64,000 nt of DNA from Nibricoccus sp. (GCA_047602425.1 JASGHG010000001.1:2080001-2144000); one strand, 5' to 3'. Shown: positions 18,865 through 29,398, counted from the first letter of the stretch. The notes: generated by a model not told the origin, from the letters alone. Program-made: numbers and translations.

Positions 18865-21360
18865 TCAACGCCGATTCGTCGCGGCCCGCACGTCCTTTAA
18901 CATTTCCGACGGCAACAATTCCGTCGCCAGGCGCATGATTTCCGGACGACTCGCGCCTTCACCGGTGTCCTGGGCAAACAAAACGAAGCACAACAGCGTA
19001 TTCGCGTTCAACCTGCGCAAACCAGCTTCGTCGGCCGTGTTCACACAAAGGCGAATTTGTTTTCGCATTCCGTCGATGTCACCCGCCGTCGCCAGCACGG
19101 TGGCCAAACCGATCCGGTCATCCAGAGCCAAAGCATCCGTCTGCCCCTGGAGCGAAACAATCCTGCCGAGGCTCGCTTGAAACGCCTCCTTGTGTTCCAG
19201 CGAAAGCTGCACTTGGGCGAGCGCAACCCACCCGGGCAAATAATCCGGAAAATGACGAACCAATATACCGAGAAATTTTTCCGCGGGTTCTCGCTCGCCA
19301 CGTTCAAACACCATTTGCCCGTAACGCAACGCCGCTTCCTCGCGACTTTGCTCGGGCACCACTTCGTAAACCAACACGAAATCGTCCTTCAACGCCTCCA
19401 TCTCCGGCGCAGGATAGTAGACCGGTCGCAGCCAGAAAGGACAACCATGCCCTTTCGACAAACGCGCTTGAAATGTATTATCGGGCGCTTCCTCCCCTCG
19501 CCTGAGCCCCAGCGCCAGCCGGCTCGATTCCGCCGCAAACGCGTCCCATGACACCACCACGATGTGAGTGATGCCATGCCGCACGACCAGATCGTGTGCG
19601 ACTTCATCCTTCGTCGTGCTGAAAATATCCACCATCGAGTGCAGACCGTCTTTATTTTCCCAATACAATGTGCCCACGCCTTTAAATCCGCCAAAATAGA
19701 TCAATGCGGTCGTCGCACTCGGCCCGCCGAGAACAACCCCGCCCCGAGCACCTTCCCGCGCCCGCAGCCACCGCGCCAGGTCGCGCATCACACCCAACCG
19801 CAGATTCAGCTTCGCAAAACCTTTCGCACCCCGAACCAACGACACACCGGTAGCGGCCGTTTGGTACATCCACGGCAAAACCGTCGCCAGCGCAAGTACC
19901 GCCAGTGCGATTTTTGCACCACGAGAAAAACGCGGCCGCGCCTCGTTTATTGCAGCCATCCCCGCGACTTGAACCAACACAACCAGCCAGAGCGCACAGC
20001 TTTCCCCCGACCAACGCACTTGGTAAAGTGCCAGCCCAAAAAACACCATGGCCGGGCCCAATACGAGCGCTAGTCGAACCTTATGGACCGCGCTTATTTC
20101 GCTGCGGAATATGCGCCAGCAAAGAATGCCGGCCAAAATCGGCAACGGACTAAAAGTCATCAACCAACGCGAGGGCGCCACATCCGCCAACCTCCTAAAC
20201 ACGCTGCAAAACTCTATAATGTAGTCGCGATGCAGCGCCCACAACAGCCGGTCTCCGACCCAGAATGTGCTGTCGCCCGCCAAAAAAATGGTCGCCGGCA
20301 ACAAAACGACGCCAGCTATCGCCAAGAGAGCGAGTACCTGTTCCTTGCCCGGCTTCGCAAAACCACCGCCCGTCAGCCAACGCGTCAGACGAAAAAGCAA
20401 CTCGCCGCCGCCCAACCAAGCGATTGCGTAAAACGGGTGATTTACCTCCAACCGCATTCCCATATGCGATGGAAAGTATTCCAACAGATAAAAGAAAGCC
20501 GAACTCGCCGCTCCCGCGATACCCCACCAACGCCAAAGTTCGGGCACTTGTTTCAGCTGAGATTTTACGCTTTGCAATTTATGCCCTAACCACCAAACAC
20601 CGCCCATTACGCCCACTGCAATACCGATCAAAACCGGAACCTGTGTTGCCGAGCTCACCCAGAGCCCCGCGCCGCCCGCTATACCGGAGGCAATAAACCA
20701 ACGTCGCGAAGCCTTGGTATCATCGCCGTCGACCCATCCGCCACCGCCATAGAGCAGAAATAAAACAGTGAGCATCCCGAATGCCGCTACAAGACCGTGA
20801 TGATCCGGATCACCCATGGTGAACATTTCGGCGAACGGTCCAACCACAACCAGTCCGAGCACGAGCACGCCGGCCGCCACTCCACCATTCCGGCGCCAAA
20901 CCATCGGCACCAGCGTCACCAAAAGAAGGAGCTGCAACAAGGGGCTCGCCCACACCGCCGCTTGTTCGACTGCAATGGGAGTTGGATTTCCACCGAACGC
21001 GCTAAACAACCATGCCAACCCGCCAAGCCACCAGTGGATGCTGGAACTCCAGTGAACCTCGCGGCCTTCGGGATGGTTGTCGTAATCCACGGAACGCACA
21101 CGCAGGTCTCCCTTCGCCAGCATGGATTGTGTCTGCATCGCCCAATGAAAACCATCCGGTGAGAGCATTTCGCTCCGTTGCCCAAATTGGTAACCCGTTG
21201 GCGACCGAATGTCGCGCTTCACTGGATGCAAACTCTGTTGTTCCAGCGCCACGATGTCGCGACGAATGGCGGCGAGTTCGACATTTCGCATCACAAACAA
21301 AGCCAGCACCACGCTCACCGTGATCAAGCAGAGCTTCTTTGATGCGAGTGGCAAATTCAT
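18865..21360 (-). CDS. Polytopic GT-C fold membrane protein resembling STT3/AglB oligosaccharyltransferases, with TPR-like C-terminus
   Basis: SPDGFHW, DNHPEGREVHW, GDPDHH, YIIE, about 12-13 hydrophobic segments, periplasmic IFSTTKDEVAHDLVVRHGITHIVV. Confidence 0.6.
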   Translation of the reverse strand: MNLPLASKKLCLITVSVVLALFVMRNVELAAIRRDIVALEQQSLHPVKRDIRSPTGYQFGQRSEMLSPDGFHWAMQTQSMLAKGDLRVRSVDYDNHPEGREVHWSSSIHWWLGGLAWLFSAFGGNPTPIAVEQAAVWASPLLQLLLLVTLVPMVWRRNGGVAAGVLVLGLVVVGPFAEMFTMGDPDHHGLVAAFGMLTVLFLLYGGGGWVDGDDTKASRRWFIASGIAGGAGLWVSSATQVPVLIGIAVGVMGGVWWLGHKLQSVKSQLKQVPELWRWWGIAGAASSAFFYLLEYFPSHMGMRLEVNHPFYAIAWLGGGELLFRLTRWLTGGGFAKPGKEQVLALLAIAGVVLLPATIFLAGDSTFWVGDRLLWALHRDYIIEFCSVFRRLADVAPSRWLMTFSPLPILAGILCWRIFRSEISAVHKVRLALVLGPAMVFFGLALYQVRWSGESCALWLVVLVQVAGMAAINEARPRFSRGAKIALAVLALATVLPWMYQTAATGVSLVRGAKGFAKLNLRLGVMRDLARWLRAREGARGGVVLGGPSATTALIYFGGFKGVGTLYWENKDGLHSMVDIFSTTKDEVAHDLVVRHGITHIVVVSWDAFAAESSRLALGLRRGEEAPDNTFQARLSKGHGCPFWLRPVYYPAPEMEALKDDFVLVYEVVPEQSREEAALRYGQMVFERGEREPAEKFLGILVRHFPDYLPGWVALAQVQLSLEHKEAFQASLGRIVSLQGQTDALALDDRIGLATVLATAGDIDGMRKQIRLCVNTADEAGLRRLNANTLLCFVLFAQDTGEGASRPEIMRLATELLPSEMLKDVRAATNRR

Positions 21361-21624
21361 GTCTGCCGCAGTGTGGGTTTGTTGCGCAAGCAGGCAAGCG
21401 CTCACCGGTGCTGTCGCCATGCAACTTCAACCAGAAGCGTTCCGCCTGAGATTGCAACGCGCCGTCAGGCCACCCCAAAAGGCGATCGGAACGAGCGGCA
21501 TCGATAAAACAACACTCCGCGAAAAACCAAAGCCGCTAACAATGCTTCGCCCGACTATTTTTTGACCTAGCTTTTTTTAAAACGAAAAAAGCTAGGCCCC
21601 TTCTTCCTGTAGAAACAAATCTGG

Positions 21625-23682
21625 TCAGACGTCTTTGAAAAAGCGTTCTGAATCCTCGCCGCCGTGGGCAGGGGGCGTCGGGTGGCTATTCCGATTAGGG
21701 ATAGGGCCGTGATCGGCCTTCACCGATTTCGCCGCATGGCGGCCATTTTCAGAGGGAGTTGCCTGAACTCGCGCAGCGGTAGGCGGACGCGCTCCTTTTG
21801 GAGCAGCTGGCGCCCGCCGGGCAGAGGTCGTCTTGGCAGCGGTCGCGGCTTTACGCACTGGAGCAGTTTCGTCGTGTGCAACGGCAAGCTCATTGCCGCC
21901 GTTCACCATTTGAATGAGTTCGCGGATGACGCCTTTTAGCTGGTCGGTCTGGTTGTTGAGCTCGGCGGCGGCGGCGCTGGTTTCCTCGGCGGTGGCGGCG
22001 TTGGCTTGCGTGACGCTGTCCATGTCGGAAACCGCACGCGAAACTTGATCGATGCCCTGACTTTGCTCCTGCGAAGCGACGGCAATTTCGGCAATCAACT
22101 CGTCCACTTGGCGCGCCTTCGCCGTGATTTCATCGAGGCTCTTCGCAACTTTATCGCTGATTTTGGCGCCTTGCTCGCTCTTGGCGGTGGAATCGGAAAT
22201 TTTCTGCGCCGTTTCCCGAGCGGCCTGCACGCTGCGTTGAGCGAGCGAGCGAACTTCCTCGGCGACGACCGCGAATCCGAGACCGGCTTCGCCTGCGCGA
22301 GCCGCTTCAACGGCGGCGTTGAGCGCAAGAAGATTGGTCTGAAATGCAATTTCGTCGATGGTCTTGATGATCTTCGAAACTTCCACGCTGGAGGCCTGAA
22401 TCGCGCTCATGGCGGTTTTCATTTCCTTCATGTCGTCAGAACCTGCGTCGGCAGCCGCGCGTGTCTGATTGGCGAGAGCTTTGGCGGATTGCGCGTTCTC
22501 GGCATTCTTCCGCGTCATGCCGGCCATTTCCTCAAGGGAGGCGGAGCTTTCTTCGAGCGCAGCAGCCTGGCGAGAGGATCCTTCGGCCATGCTTTGGCTG
22601 GCGGTGGTAACTTGGTTGGCGGCGGCGGCAGTGTGCTCGGCCCCACCCGTAAGCCGGGTGGTGAGCGCGCGAATCGGACGGTTAACGCTCGAAATGATCC
22701 ACCAAGCGCCAGCAAGGCCAAGGATTACGCCGGCAACGCTGAAAATTAGAACAAGGCCTTGGTTCTTTTTCTTAACATTGATGGCCTCAACATCGAGTTT
22801 GTCCTGAAGCTCACGCAGGGAGCCACGGACTCTGCCGATCTTTTCAGTAATTCGGGGCGCGAGTTTTTCGAGAGAATCTTTAACGATGGAAGAGCTGCTG
22901 TCGGTGACGGCGACAACTTTGTCGAAACCGGCGAGGTAGGCGGTGGTATTTTCCTGAAGTTGCTTCAGCAATTTCATCTTCGCCGGATCGGCGAGGCTGG
23001 CGTCGAGCATTTCGGCTTCCTTCAGCTCTTTTTCGATGGTGGTGAGCTGCTTTTGCATCGCGGTGAAGGACTCACGCGCCTTGGCGACGTGGGCTTTGTC
23101 ACGCGTGAGGAGAAAACTATTCACCGAGGCGAGGCCTTCGAAGAAATTTTGGAGGGAAGAAGAGGTTTTGAACGAGGCGCTTTGATCGCCACTTTGCCGG
23201 GCGGCCACAAGCATGCCTTTCAATGCATCACTGATGGCGGCGGAGCGGGGATCGAGTGTGTTGGCCACTTCTTTCTGGCGGTCGTGAAACAAGCCCACGA
23301 TGCGGCGGTACGCAGCATCGTAATCGACCAGCAGCTTGAGCGCGTCATTGAGTTCCTGTGCGAGTTCGCCGCGGTTTTGCAGATCGCGTTGTGCATCGGC
23401 GACGGCGCCATCGACGGCTTTTTTGGAGCGGTCGTATTCAGCGATGCTTTCGTCGCTGCCGGAGAGGAGAAATTCGTTAATGCTCATCCTGAGGCCGAGA
23501 ATCGAGGCCTCAAGTTTGGTGATGGAATTTGTTTCCCCCGTGCTTTTCGAAAACTCGTTCATGCTCCGGCCCGCCTGATTCATCGCGTAGTAGGCCAGGC
23601 CGGCGACAAAAGCGAGCAACACGAGGACGAGAGCAAATCCAGAGGTGATTCTCTGGCCAATGGTAAGCGATGATAGTTTCAC
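21625..23682 (-). CDS. Methyl-accepting chemotaxis protein with large helical periplasmic sensor
   Basis: Two TM helices; signalling tip [43 protein letters not shown] start. Confidence 0.95.
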   Translation of the reverse strand: MKLSSLTIGQRITSGFALVLVLLAFVAGLAYYAMNQAGRSMNEFSKSTGETNSITKLEASILGLRMSINEFLLSGSDESIAEYDRSKKAVDGAVADAQRDLQNRGELAQELNDALKLLVDYDAAYRRIVGLFHDRQKEVANTLDPRSAAISDALKGMLVAARQSGDQSASFKTSSSLQNFFEGLASVNSFLLTRDKAHVAKARESFTAMQKQLTTIEKELKEAEMLDASLADPAKMKLLKQLQENTTAYLAGFDKVVAVTDSSSSIVKDSLEKLAPRITEKIGRVRGSLRELQDKLDVEAINVKKKNQGLVLIFSVAGVILGLAGAWWIISSVNRPIRALTTRLTGGAEHTAAAANQVTTASQSMAEGSSRQAAALEESSASLEEMAGMTRKNAENAQSAKALANQTRAAADAGSDDMKEMKTAMSAIQASSVEVSKIIKTIDEIAFQTNLLALNAAVEAARAGEAGLGFAVVAEEVRSLAQRSVQAARETAQKISDSTAKSEQGAKISDKVAKSLDEITAKARQVDELIAEIAVASQEQSQGIDQVSRAVSDMDSVTQANAATAEETSAAAAELNNQTDQLKGVIRELIQMVNGGNELAVAHDETAPVRKAATAAKTTSARRAPAAPKGARPPTAARVQATPSENGRHAAKSVKADHGPIPNRNSHPTPPAHGGEDSERFFKDV

Positions 23683-23709
23683 GGTAATAAAGCTGGCTGG
23701 GAGGACTGG

Positions 23710-24081
23710 TTAGTCTTCGAGATTAAAACGGATCGGAACGGTGACCTTCATTTTGACCGGAACACCGTCTTTCTGCGCCGGCTTGAATTTCCATTTCTTC
23801 ACGGCCTCCATCGCAGGAGTCTCAAACTCGGGTTGGGAAGACTTCGCCACGGTCGTGCTGACCACGGAGCCTTTCTCATCGATCACAATTGAAACAGCCA
23901 CCACGCCGGACACGCCCTGCCGCTTCATTGCATCCGGATAGTCCGGTGGCGGGGTTTTTACCGGAACGGGGTTAACATCAACTTTTGTGTAGATGGTGTC
24001 GTCTGCCGCAGCCGTGAGCGGCAACAGCGCCAGTGCAATGACGACGCCGAGACAGGTTTTGCGGAAAGCGATGAGGTCCAT
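23710..24081 (-). CDS. Short TonB C-terminal-domain protein with signal peptide
   Basis: PDYPDAMKRQGVSGVVAVSIVIDEKG...AMEAVKKWKFKPAQKDGVPV. Confidence 0.9.
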   Translation of the reverse strand: MDLIAFRKTCLGVVIALALLPLTAAADDTIYTKVDVNPVPVKTPPPDYPDAMKRQGVSGVVAVSIVIDEKGSVVSTTVAKSSQPEFETPAMEAVKKWKFKPAQKDGVPVKMKVTVPIRFNLED

Positions 24082-24239
24082 GGGGAGCAGGTGGTTGAAC
24101 TATCGGCACCAAGGGGGTTCTACTTAAATGCGGGAATGCCCATGACATACCTTTAAAATAGGCCGCCCATTGCCTAATGCATCCTTTTTGCATGTAAGTC
24201 TCCTTCCTTAATGGCTTTAAGATAGATTCTTATATAACG

Positions 24240-24266
24240 AAAAACCCGCTCAGGGGTGTGAGCGGG
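24240..24266 (-). terminator. Intrinsic terminator after the FKBP gene
   Basis: CCCGCTCA-loop-TGAGCGGG followed by TTTT on the minus strand. Confidence 0.7.
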
Positions 24267-24299
24267 GGCCAAATTATATGAGCTACTTGCGCGGAGTAG

Positions 24300-24761
24300 C
24301 TATTTCTTCGCTTCAAGAAGGTGCACTTCGAAGATCAAAGTGGCACGAGGCGGGATGGAGGGCGGATGGCCGCGGGTTCCATACGCTAGCTCGTAGGGAA
24401 TGATGAGCAGGCGTTTCTCGCCCGGGCGCATGAGTTGGATGCCCTGATCCCAGCCATCAATGACGTTGTTGCGGCCAAGTCGAAATTGCAGCGGTTTTTC
24501 GGGGTCGAGCGCCTTGTCAAAAACAGTGCCGTCGAGCAGCCAACCCGTATAGAGCACCTTGACCATATCGCCCTGCTTGGCGAGGTCGCCCTTGCCCTCG
24601 GAGAGCAGCACGTGGCGCAGACCGGTGGACGTGCGCTGGGCGTGCGGCCAGGTCTTGTTAACAAATTCAAGATCTTCAGGAGGCAGTTTCTCGCGTTGCG
24701 CATGCACGAGCGCTGGCGAGATCAACAAAGCAAACATCAAAAGAAATCGGGGAAGACGCAT
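24300..24761 (-). CDS. Exported FKBP-type peptidyl-prolyl isomerase
   Basis: Signal peptide; YTGWLLDGTVFD, VIDGWDQG, LIIPYELAYG, IPPRATLIFEV. Confidence 0.92.
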   Translation of the reverse strand: MRLPRFLLMFALLISPALVHAQREKLPPEDLEFVNKTWPHAQRTSTGLRHVLLSEGKGDLAKQGDMVKVLYTGWLLDGTVFDKALDPEKPLQFRLGRNNVIDGWDQGIQLMRPGEKRLLIIPYELAYGTRGHPPSIPPRATLIFEVHLLEAKK

Positions 24762-24817
24762 GGAGCGAACTTGGCAACTCCCTGCGTCGGCTGCAATCCC
24801 GAGCATGCGCAAAATCG

Positions 24818-25435
24818 TCATCGCGCCGAGACCTTCATCGCCGGATGCCGGGCGACGAGCGCGAGGGCTTGCTTGAGCAGTGTCAGCCCCGGCTCGGTGC
24901 GGTGCCAGGGCGATGCACCCGAAGGATGCGGCAAGGGGATCACGTCCAAACGCCGCCCCACCCTCTCGACCGAAAATTTTCGTCCAATGATTTCTGTCAG
25001 CGGCGGCAGCGGCTCCGGCAAAAACTGCGCAATTGCGAGCTTGCCGACCGGCAACACGAGTTCTGGCTTCAGCAAAGCGATTTCCCGGTCAAGCCAGCGC
25101 GAACAATTGGCGATTTCATCCGGGTTCGGCACGCGATCGCCGCCTTCGGGCCTCTTGCCGGGGAAACAACGGCAGACCGCCGCAAAATATATCCGGTCGC
25201 GGGTTTCGTCCTCGGTCCAGCCGAGCGCATTGCCGAACCATTTGAAAAGAGTCTTGCCGGCCGTCCACGCGAAAGGACGGCCCAGTTTCGGCTCTTTGTC
25301 CCCCGGAGCCTGGCCGACGAGAATCACCCGGCTCTCGACGGGGCGGCCTACGACGACCGGCTTGAACATGAGCGGGCAAATTTCGCACGCGCTCAGTACG
25401 GAAAGATGTTTCGCAATGGCCGAACCTTTTGCCAT
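24818..25435 (-). CDS. Uracil-DNA glycosylase superfamily protein
   Basis: CEIC, LVGQAPG, PFAWTAG, RCFPG, PLPHPSGAS. Confidence 0.88.
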   Translation of the reverse strand: MAKGSAIAKHLSVLSACEICPLMFKPVVVGRPVESRVILVGQAPGDKEPKLGRPFAWTAGKTLFKWFGNALGWTEDETRDRIYFAAVCRCFPGKRPEGGDRVPNPDEIANCSRWLDREIALLKPELVLPVGKLAIAQFLPEPLPPLTEIIGRKFSVERVGRRLDVIPLPHPSGASPWHRTEPGLTLLKQALALVARHPAMKVSAR

Positions 25436-25452
25436 GGGTCAACAGCGTCCAA

Positions 25453-26745
25453 TCAACGATGCCCGCGTCGCCGGCCAAACCGGCCGCGGCCGCCGGCGCG
25501 TTGTTCGCCTCCGTGGCTTTGTCCGCCCTGGCGCGAAGGGCCTCCGGAGTGTCCACTGTGATGATGGCCTCCGCCGCCACCGCGCTTTTGGTGTTGTCCA
25601 GTGGGTTTGTCCGGCCGGGCGGTGAAGGGCTCGTAGGCGAAGCCTTCAAGTTTCAATTCTGGGATGGTCTGTCCGATGAAACGCTGGATGTCGCGGATGT
25701 CGTTTCTGTTTTCCGGCGTCACGAGCGTAAACGCGTCGCCCACCGCTTGTGCACGGCCGGTGCGGCCGATGCGGTGAACGTAGTCCTCGGGATTTTCCGG
25801 AACGTCGTAATTGATCACGTGCGAAATGCCCGCGACGTCGATGCCGCGCGCGGCGATATCGGTCGCGACCATGATTTCGTATTTGCCGCTTTTGAATCCG
25901 GCGAGCGCCTCGATGCGTTGGTTCTGCGAACGGTTAGCATGCAGAACGGCGACGGAGTGATTCGCAGCCTTGAGTCTGCGGGCAATTTTATCGGCGCCGT
26001 GTTTTGTGCGGGAAAAAACGAGCACGCTATCGTAGTCGATTTTCGCCAGAAGCGCCGCGAGTAGTTCAAACTTTTGATTCCAAGAGACCGGATAAAGCGC
26101 GTGGTTGACCGACTTGTTGACGGAGCGATTGACGCCGACCTCGATACGTTCGGGGTTGCGCAGCGCGAACGACGCCACGGCTTGAATTTCCGGCGGCACC
26201 GTCGCGGAGAAAAAGAGGGTTTGTCGCTCTTTGGGGCAACGACCGATGATGTCCTTCACCACAGGCAAAAAGCCCATGTCGAGCATCCGGTCGACCTCGT
26301 CGAGAACCAGGATTTGGATGTCGCGCAGCGAGATCGTACCTTCCTTCAAATAATCCATCAAACGGCCGGGCGTGGCGACGATCACGTCGACACCGCGCTT
26401 GAGTTCGCTGCGCTGGAGCCCGTAACCCACACCACCAAATATCGCCACCGTGCGAATATCGGTGAAACGGGCGAAATCGCGGAAAGACGTTTCCACCTGC
26501 GCTGCCAGTTCGCGGGTCGGCTCAAGTACCAAAACGCGCGGCCGGCCGTGGTTGCCGAGTTTGGAAATAATCGGCAGGGCAAAGGCGGCGGTTTTGCCGG
26601 TGCCGGTTTGGGCGGAGGCGATGAGGTCGCGGCCCGAGATAACGACCGGAATCGCGCGAAGCTGGATCGGCGTCGGGTCCGTGTAGCCGGCGGCCTGGAT
26701 GCCACGCAAAACGGGTGCGGAGAGATTGAGGGCTTTAAAAGGCAT
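25453..26745 (-). CDS. DEAD-box RNA helicase (RhlE-like)
   Basis: PTPIQ, AQTGTGKT, PTRELA, TPGRL, DEVD, SAT, ARGID, YVHRIGRTGRA, Gly/Arg tail. Confidence 0.95.
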   Translation of the reverse strand: MPFKALNLSAPVLRGIQAAGYTDPTPIQLRAIPVVISGRDLIASAQTGTGKTAAFALPIISKLGNHGRPRVLVLEPTRELAAQVETSFRDFARFTDIRTVAIFGGVGYGLQRSELKRGVDVIVATPGRLMDYLKEGTISLRDIQILVLDEVDRMLDMGFLPVVKDIIGRCPKERQTLFFSATVPPEIQAVASFALRNPERIEVGVNRSVNKSVNHALYPVSWNQKFELLAALLAKIDYDSVLVFSRTKHGADKIARRLKAANHSVAVLHANRSQNQRIEALAGFKSGKYEIMVATDIAARGIDVAGISHVINYDVPENPEDYVHRIGRTGRAQAVGDAFTLVTPENRNDIRDIQRFIGQTIPELKLEGFAYEPFTARPDKPTGQHQKRGGGGGHHHSGHSGGPSRQGGQSHGGEQRAGGRGRFGRRRGHR

Positions 26746-26804
26746 GAGAAAAGGCGCGGCGGAAAAATCGACAGGATGCGCGCAGCGCCTGACGTGAGAA
26801 AAAT

Positions 26805-26842
26805 GAAAAAAGAAAAGGACGAAGCGTTGTGCGCTTCGTCCT
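26805..26842 (-). terminator. Terminator-like hairpin between RRM gene and helicase
   Basis: AGGACGAAGCG-loop-CGCTTCGTCCT then TTTCTTTTTT on the minus strand. Confidence 0.7.
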
Positions 26843-26876
26843 CGTTTAAAATCGGTCCGATAGACCGACAGGTTTC

Positions 26877-27254
26877 TTAGTAACGACGGTCACCGCGATC
26901 GCCGCGGTCGCCACCGCGACCACCGAAGCCGCCACGGCGTTCGCCGCCGCCGAAGCCACGGCCACCACCGCCGCCACCACCAAAGGAACGGCCAGCGCCT
27001 TCTTCCTTCGGACGGGCTTCATTGACGGTGAGCGTGCGACCACCGAGGTCGACGCCATTGAGCTTTTCAGCAGCAGCCTTCGCCTCTTCAGGCGTGCCCA
27101 TGGTGACGAACGCGAAACCGCGGGGGCGGCCGGTCATCTTATCCATGGCGACGTAAACATCGGTCACGGTGCCAAAAGCGCCGAAAGCCGTACGGAGTTC
27201 GTCTTCGGAGGTCTTGAAGGACATGTTGCCGACGTAGAGTTTGGAATTACCCAT
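26877..27254 (-). CDS. Glycine-rich RRM RNA-binding protein
   Basis: RNP2 LYVGNM, RNP1 [20 protein letters not shown] tail. Confidence 0.95.
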   Translation of the reverse strand: MGNSKLYVGNMSFKTSEDELRTAFGAFGTVTDVYVAMDKMTGRPRGFAFVTMGTPEEAKAAAEKLNGVDLGGRTLTVNEARPKEEGAGRSFGGGGGGGRGFGGGERRGGFGGRGGDRGDRGDRRY

Positions 27255-27452
27255 TGTATGATTTCGTAGATCTACCGTCTCTGCCAGTTCCGTTCCCGAC
27301 CATCGGGTTTCGAAATCATCACTTGAACTCGACGCTCACCTGACGACTCACCAGTACCTGTCATCTAACGTTTTCTCTAACGAGGATCCGGAGCACAAAC
27401 GATCACCGGGCAAAGGCAAGGTAAATCTCGTAAGCCTTTCAGCTAACGCAAT

Positions 27453-27881
27453 TCACTGGCCTTGAGCCCGGATGCTGTACTTTTCGCGAAAAGCGGCGGG
27501 AAGTGGCGTGGAGCGGCCGGTGGCGAGCGTGATCAGAGTGTAATCGCAATGCCCCTCACAGGAACGCTTTCGGTTGGGCAGACGGTCGATTTCAAACCCG
27601 ACGCGCACACCGTCTTCCGCGAATTGTTCAATCCAAGTCCGAACAACCATTCGATCGCCCATGCCGAGCGGCCGACGGTAGTGAATAGTAGCGGATTTCA
27701 TAAACCAGCCGAGACCGAGTTTGCCGAATTCCTGCATCGACATATCGTAACAACGTTCCATCTGGTCGAAACGCGCGGCGAGCACGTAATCGAGATAACG
27801 CGTGCTGTGAACGTGCTGGTAAAGGTCGATGTCGTCGGGTCGGACGGCGAGCTCTGTCTCGAAACGTGCGTAGATGTCCAT
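27453..27881 (-). CDS. Acyl-CoA thioesterase (4HBT/YbgC hotdog fold)
   Basis: VRPDDIDLYQHVHSTRYLDY...ARF, IHYRRPL. Confidence 0.88.
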   Translation of the reverse strand: MDIYARFETELAVRPDDIDLYQHVHSTRYLDYVLAARFDQMERCYDMSMQEFGKLGLGWFMKSATIHYRRPLGMGDRMVVRTWIEQFAEDGVRVGFEIDRLPNRKRSCEGHCDYTLITLATGRSTPLPAAFREKYSIRAQGQ

Positions 27882-28010
27882 GGCGGAAGCTCGCGAGCTG
27901 AGCAGAACCTTGCGGGGTTAAGCGAAGTTTTTCGGCGGTCCCGCAGGACTCCAACTTCAGCATGGCGCAAAAGCGGCCGCGTCAATTTGCGCGACAAGCA
28001 CGGTTTCGCC

Positions 28011-28394
28011 TCAGCCAAACAACCGGTCGAGCGCGCGGCGGTCGCGTTTGGTTGGCCGGCCCGAACCTTTTTCGCGGGCCAAAAACTGTTGCACGGGTTG
28101 CACGCGGGCCTTGGCGTATTCCTCGGGCGGCGTGCGGTCTTCGCAAAAGGCGGCAACGAGCTTCGGGCCGATGCGCCGCACCGGCAAACCCAGCACCACG
28201 ACGGTCCGCGTGATCAATCCCTGCCGGATGGTTATGGTTTCGCCGGCGCGCACATCACGCGCGGGCTTCACCGTCTGGCTGCCGATTTGCACGCTGCCCG
28301 CGCGGCACGCATCGGTGGCCAGCCCGCGCGTCTTAAAAATGCGCACGGTCCAGAGCCACTTGTCGATGCGTTCGGCCGTCGGGGCGTCGTTCAT
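28011..28394 (-). CDS. hslR: S4-domain ribosome-associated heat shock protein Hsp15
   Basis: RIDKWLWTVRIFKTRGLATDAC, KPARDV, GRPTKRDRRAL. Confidence 0.9.
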   Translation of the reverse strand: MNDAPTAERIDKWLWTVRIFKTRGLATDACRAGSVQIGSQTVKPARDVRAGETITIRQGLITRTVVVLGLPVRRIGPKLVAAFCEDRTPPEEYAKARVQPVQQFLAREKGSGRPTKRDRRALDRLFG

Positions 28395-28396
28395 CC

Positions 28397-28933
28397 CTAT
28401 TTTTTAGCGTCAGCTTTCTTTGGCTTTGGAAAAGTATCGCGCAGCCAGTTGTCGAGCATCGCTTTTTCGTAGCGGAGCGAATCGGTCGCGTTCACCGGGC
28501 TCGCGTTCATTTGGAAAGACATGTCCAAAAGTTTTTCCTGCCCTTCCTTCACAACCGAACCAGTTCCGTCCACCAATTTGTAGGTAAAATTCATGCGGGG
28601 CGGATAAATCTCTTTCACGATGCGCACGTCGTTAAAATCGATACCACGCCAGGGCTCGAAGTCGCCGGCCATGTCGATGTTCGTAAATGTTATGGTGAGT
28701 TTCTGGCCTTCGGTCAGGTACCGCGGCGCGCGTTCCTGCAAATGATCTTTTAAGAGCGCGAGGTAGCCGTCGCGTCCTTTTTCAGAACCCATCTGCGAGT
28801 CCTTCACGTCGGTAAAGTTTTCAGGATGATCGAAAATAACGTCGACTTGGTTTTTCTGGGCAGCGGTCGGAGCCGCGAGCAAGGCGGTGGCGCTGACAAG
28901 CAAGGCCACGAGGGAAGCGGTGGTTTTTTTCAT
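28397..28933 (-). CDS. DUF3016-type exported protein
   Basis: Signal peptide; PENFTDV, TNIDMAGDFEPW, VRIVKEIYPPRM, LRYEKAMLDNW. Confidence 0.8.
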   Translation of the reverse strand: MKKTTASLVALLVSATALLAAPTAAQKNQVDVIFDHPENFTDVKDSQMGSEKGRDGYLALLKDHLQERAPRYLTEGQKLTITFTNIDMAGDFEPWRGIDFNDVRIVKEIYPPRMNFTYKLVDGTGSVVKEGQEKLLDMSFQMNASPVNATDSLRYEKAMLDNWLRDTFPKPKKADAKK

Positions 28934-29102
28934 GACGAGAATGGGCAGGGTTGTCTCTGATTCATTGGATCGATGCCGGTACTCCGGGTTCCGTCTATAT
29001 TGATGCCGCAAATATACCCTGAGGTGCAAAAAAATCAGCTCCATCTTTCATGGCGCCTGTTTCTGCGTATGTTGTCGCGAGGCCGAAGCCGCCTCCGCCC
29101 CC

Positions 29103-29336
29103 ATGGACAATAAACCCGCCTTCATTGAAGAAGTCCGCACTCTTAACACCCAGAAGACCAACCCATTGATGTCCCGCCTGCTCGCAGTCGGCTGGGCGCT
29201 GATCGCGATAAAATCGGTCATCGTATGGTGGGCCTGCACCCACTACGCGCTGCCCTTTCATCCGCTGTGGATCGTCGGTCCCACTGTGGCCTTCGGGGCG
29301 CTTTGCACGGGAGTGTACTTGTACGCAAAACGATAA
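29103..29336 (+). CDS. Small two-TM membrane protein
   Basis: 77 aa, two hydrophobic segments, fits between neighbouring genes. Confidence 0.7.
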   Translation: MDNKPAFIEEVRTLNTQKTNPLMSRLLAVGWALIAIKSVIVWWACTHYALPFHPLWIVGPTVAFGALCTGVYLYAKR

Positions 29337-29398
29337 ACTGCGGCGTTCGCGGCCGTTTTAAAACTCGCCGCGTCGGCTTCGCCTTCCACTTTTTCCGC

